A stretch of 64,000 bases of DNA from Mobula hypostoma. Taxonomy: Eukaryota. Made by a program: the position numbers and the translations under genes. This document shows, one piece after another, positions 63,095-64,000 of this stretch. Every line of letters starts with the position of its first letter. Within the stretch, counting starts at the first letter, position 1. The notes below the pieces were generated by a model, which worked only from the letters and a program-made list of their open reading frames with translations, did not search any database and was not told where the DNA came from. The stretch covers positions 174,468,001 to 174,532,000 of the forward strand of contig NC_086099.1 in assembly GCF_963921235.1 (NCBI RefSeq), read 5' to 3'.

Positions 63095-63690
63095 ATAGAA
63101 AGCTAGAAATCTACAGCACATTACAGGCCCTTTGGCCCACAACGTTGTGCTGACCATGTACCCTACTTTAGAAACTGCCTAGAATTACCCTACCGCATAA
63201 CCCTCTATTTTTCTAAGCTTTATATACCTATCTAAGAGTCTCTTAAAATACCCTATTGTATCTGCCTCTATCACCTTCACTGGCAGTGCATTCCACACAC
63301 CCACCACTCTCTGTGTGGAAAAACTTGCATCTGATATTCCCCTTGTACCTACTTCCAAGCACCTTAAGACTATGCCCCCTTGTGTTAGCCATTTCAGCCC
63401 TGAGGAGAAAGCTTCTGGCTATCCACATAAACAATACCTCTCATCATCTTATACACCTCTATCAAGTCACCTCTCATTCTCCGTCACTCCAAGGAGAAAA
63501 GGGCAAGTTCACTCAACCTATTCTCATAAGACATGCTGTCCAATCCAGGCAACACCCTTGTAAACCTCCTCTGCATTCTCGCTATAGTGTCCACATCCTT
63601 CCTGTAATGAGGTGACCAGAACTGAACACAGTACTCCAAGTGGGTCTAACTAAGGTCTTGTATAGCTGTAACATTACCTCCCAGCTCTTT
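63095..63690 (-). mobile_element. CR1 LINE 3' end
   Basis: Near-identical to the CR1 copy at 13768-14742. Confidence 0.88.
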
Positions 63691-63769
63691 CTCCAGTATA
63701 TGTTCTTAGTTGGATATCTACAGGCTTCAGTTCAGTATCTTTGACATGCCATTCAACTCATTTTGTGGA

Positions 63770-64000
63770 ATGACTGAAATGGCGGAGCCACTGTCCAATT
63801 CCATTTTAGGGATAAATTTGTCCTGGTGAGGAAGATAAAGAATGGTAGGGTGAAGGAACCATGGGTGACAAGTGAGGTGGAAAATCTAGTCAGGTGGAAG
63901 AAGGCAGCATACATGAGGTTTAGGAAGCAGGGATCAGATGGGTCTATTGAGGAATATAGGGAAGCAAGAAAAGAGCTTAAGAAGGGGCTGAGAAGAGCAA
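63770..64000 (+). mobile_element. CR1 ORF2 internal fragment, running off the window end
   Basis: KEPWVTSEVENLVRWKKAAY..YREARKELKKGLRRA. Confidence 0.7.

Overview
AT-rich, repeat-dense vertebrate genomic DNA, most likely from a cartilaginous fish (ray or shark). That assignment rests on CR1/HER1-type LINEs with (AGAAACAT)n-type tails, HE1/V-SINE-like SINEs, Rex1/Babar LINEs and Penelope-like elements. The only confidently identifiable host gene is a complete minus-strand STEAP4 metalloreductase: 4 coding exons (27483-27037, 26873-26346, 21106-20942, 19696-19451) giving 461 aa. It has a candidate non-coding first exon (~29855-29734) and a compact promoter-like cluster of NF-kB, STAT/ETS, C/EBP and CRE motifs (~29880-30061). 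A CpG island at ~56.6-57.0 kb looks like the promoter and first exon of an unidentified gene. Between the two lies a chain of exon-shaped minus-strand segments with in-frame stops, possibly a decayed gene. The rest is mostly transposon debris: a class III (ERV-L/ERV-S-like) retroviral integrase relic, Penelope-like elements carrying minimal hammerhead ribozyme motifs, a near-full-length CR1 split by three independent insertions (one itself nested), MITEs, solo LTRs and several long palindromes. Most ORF-track entries are TE fragments or noise. Repeat boundaries without a stated TSD are approximate.
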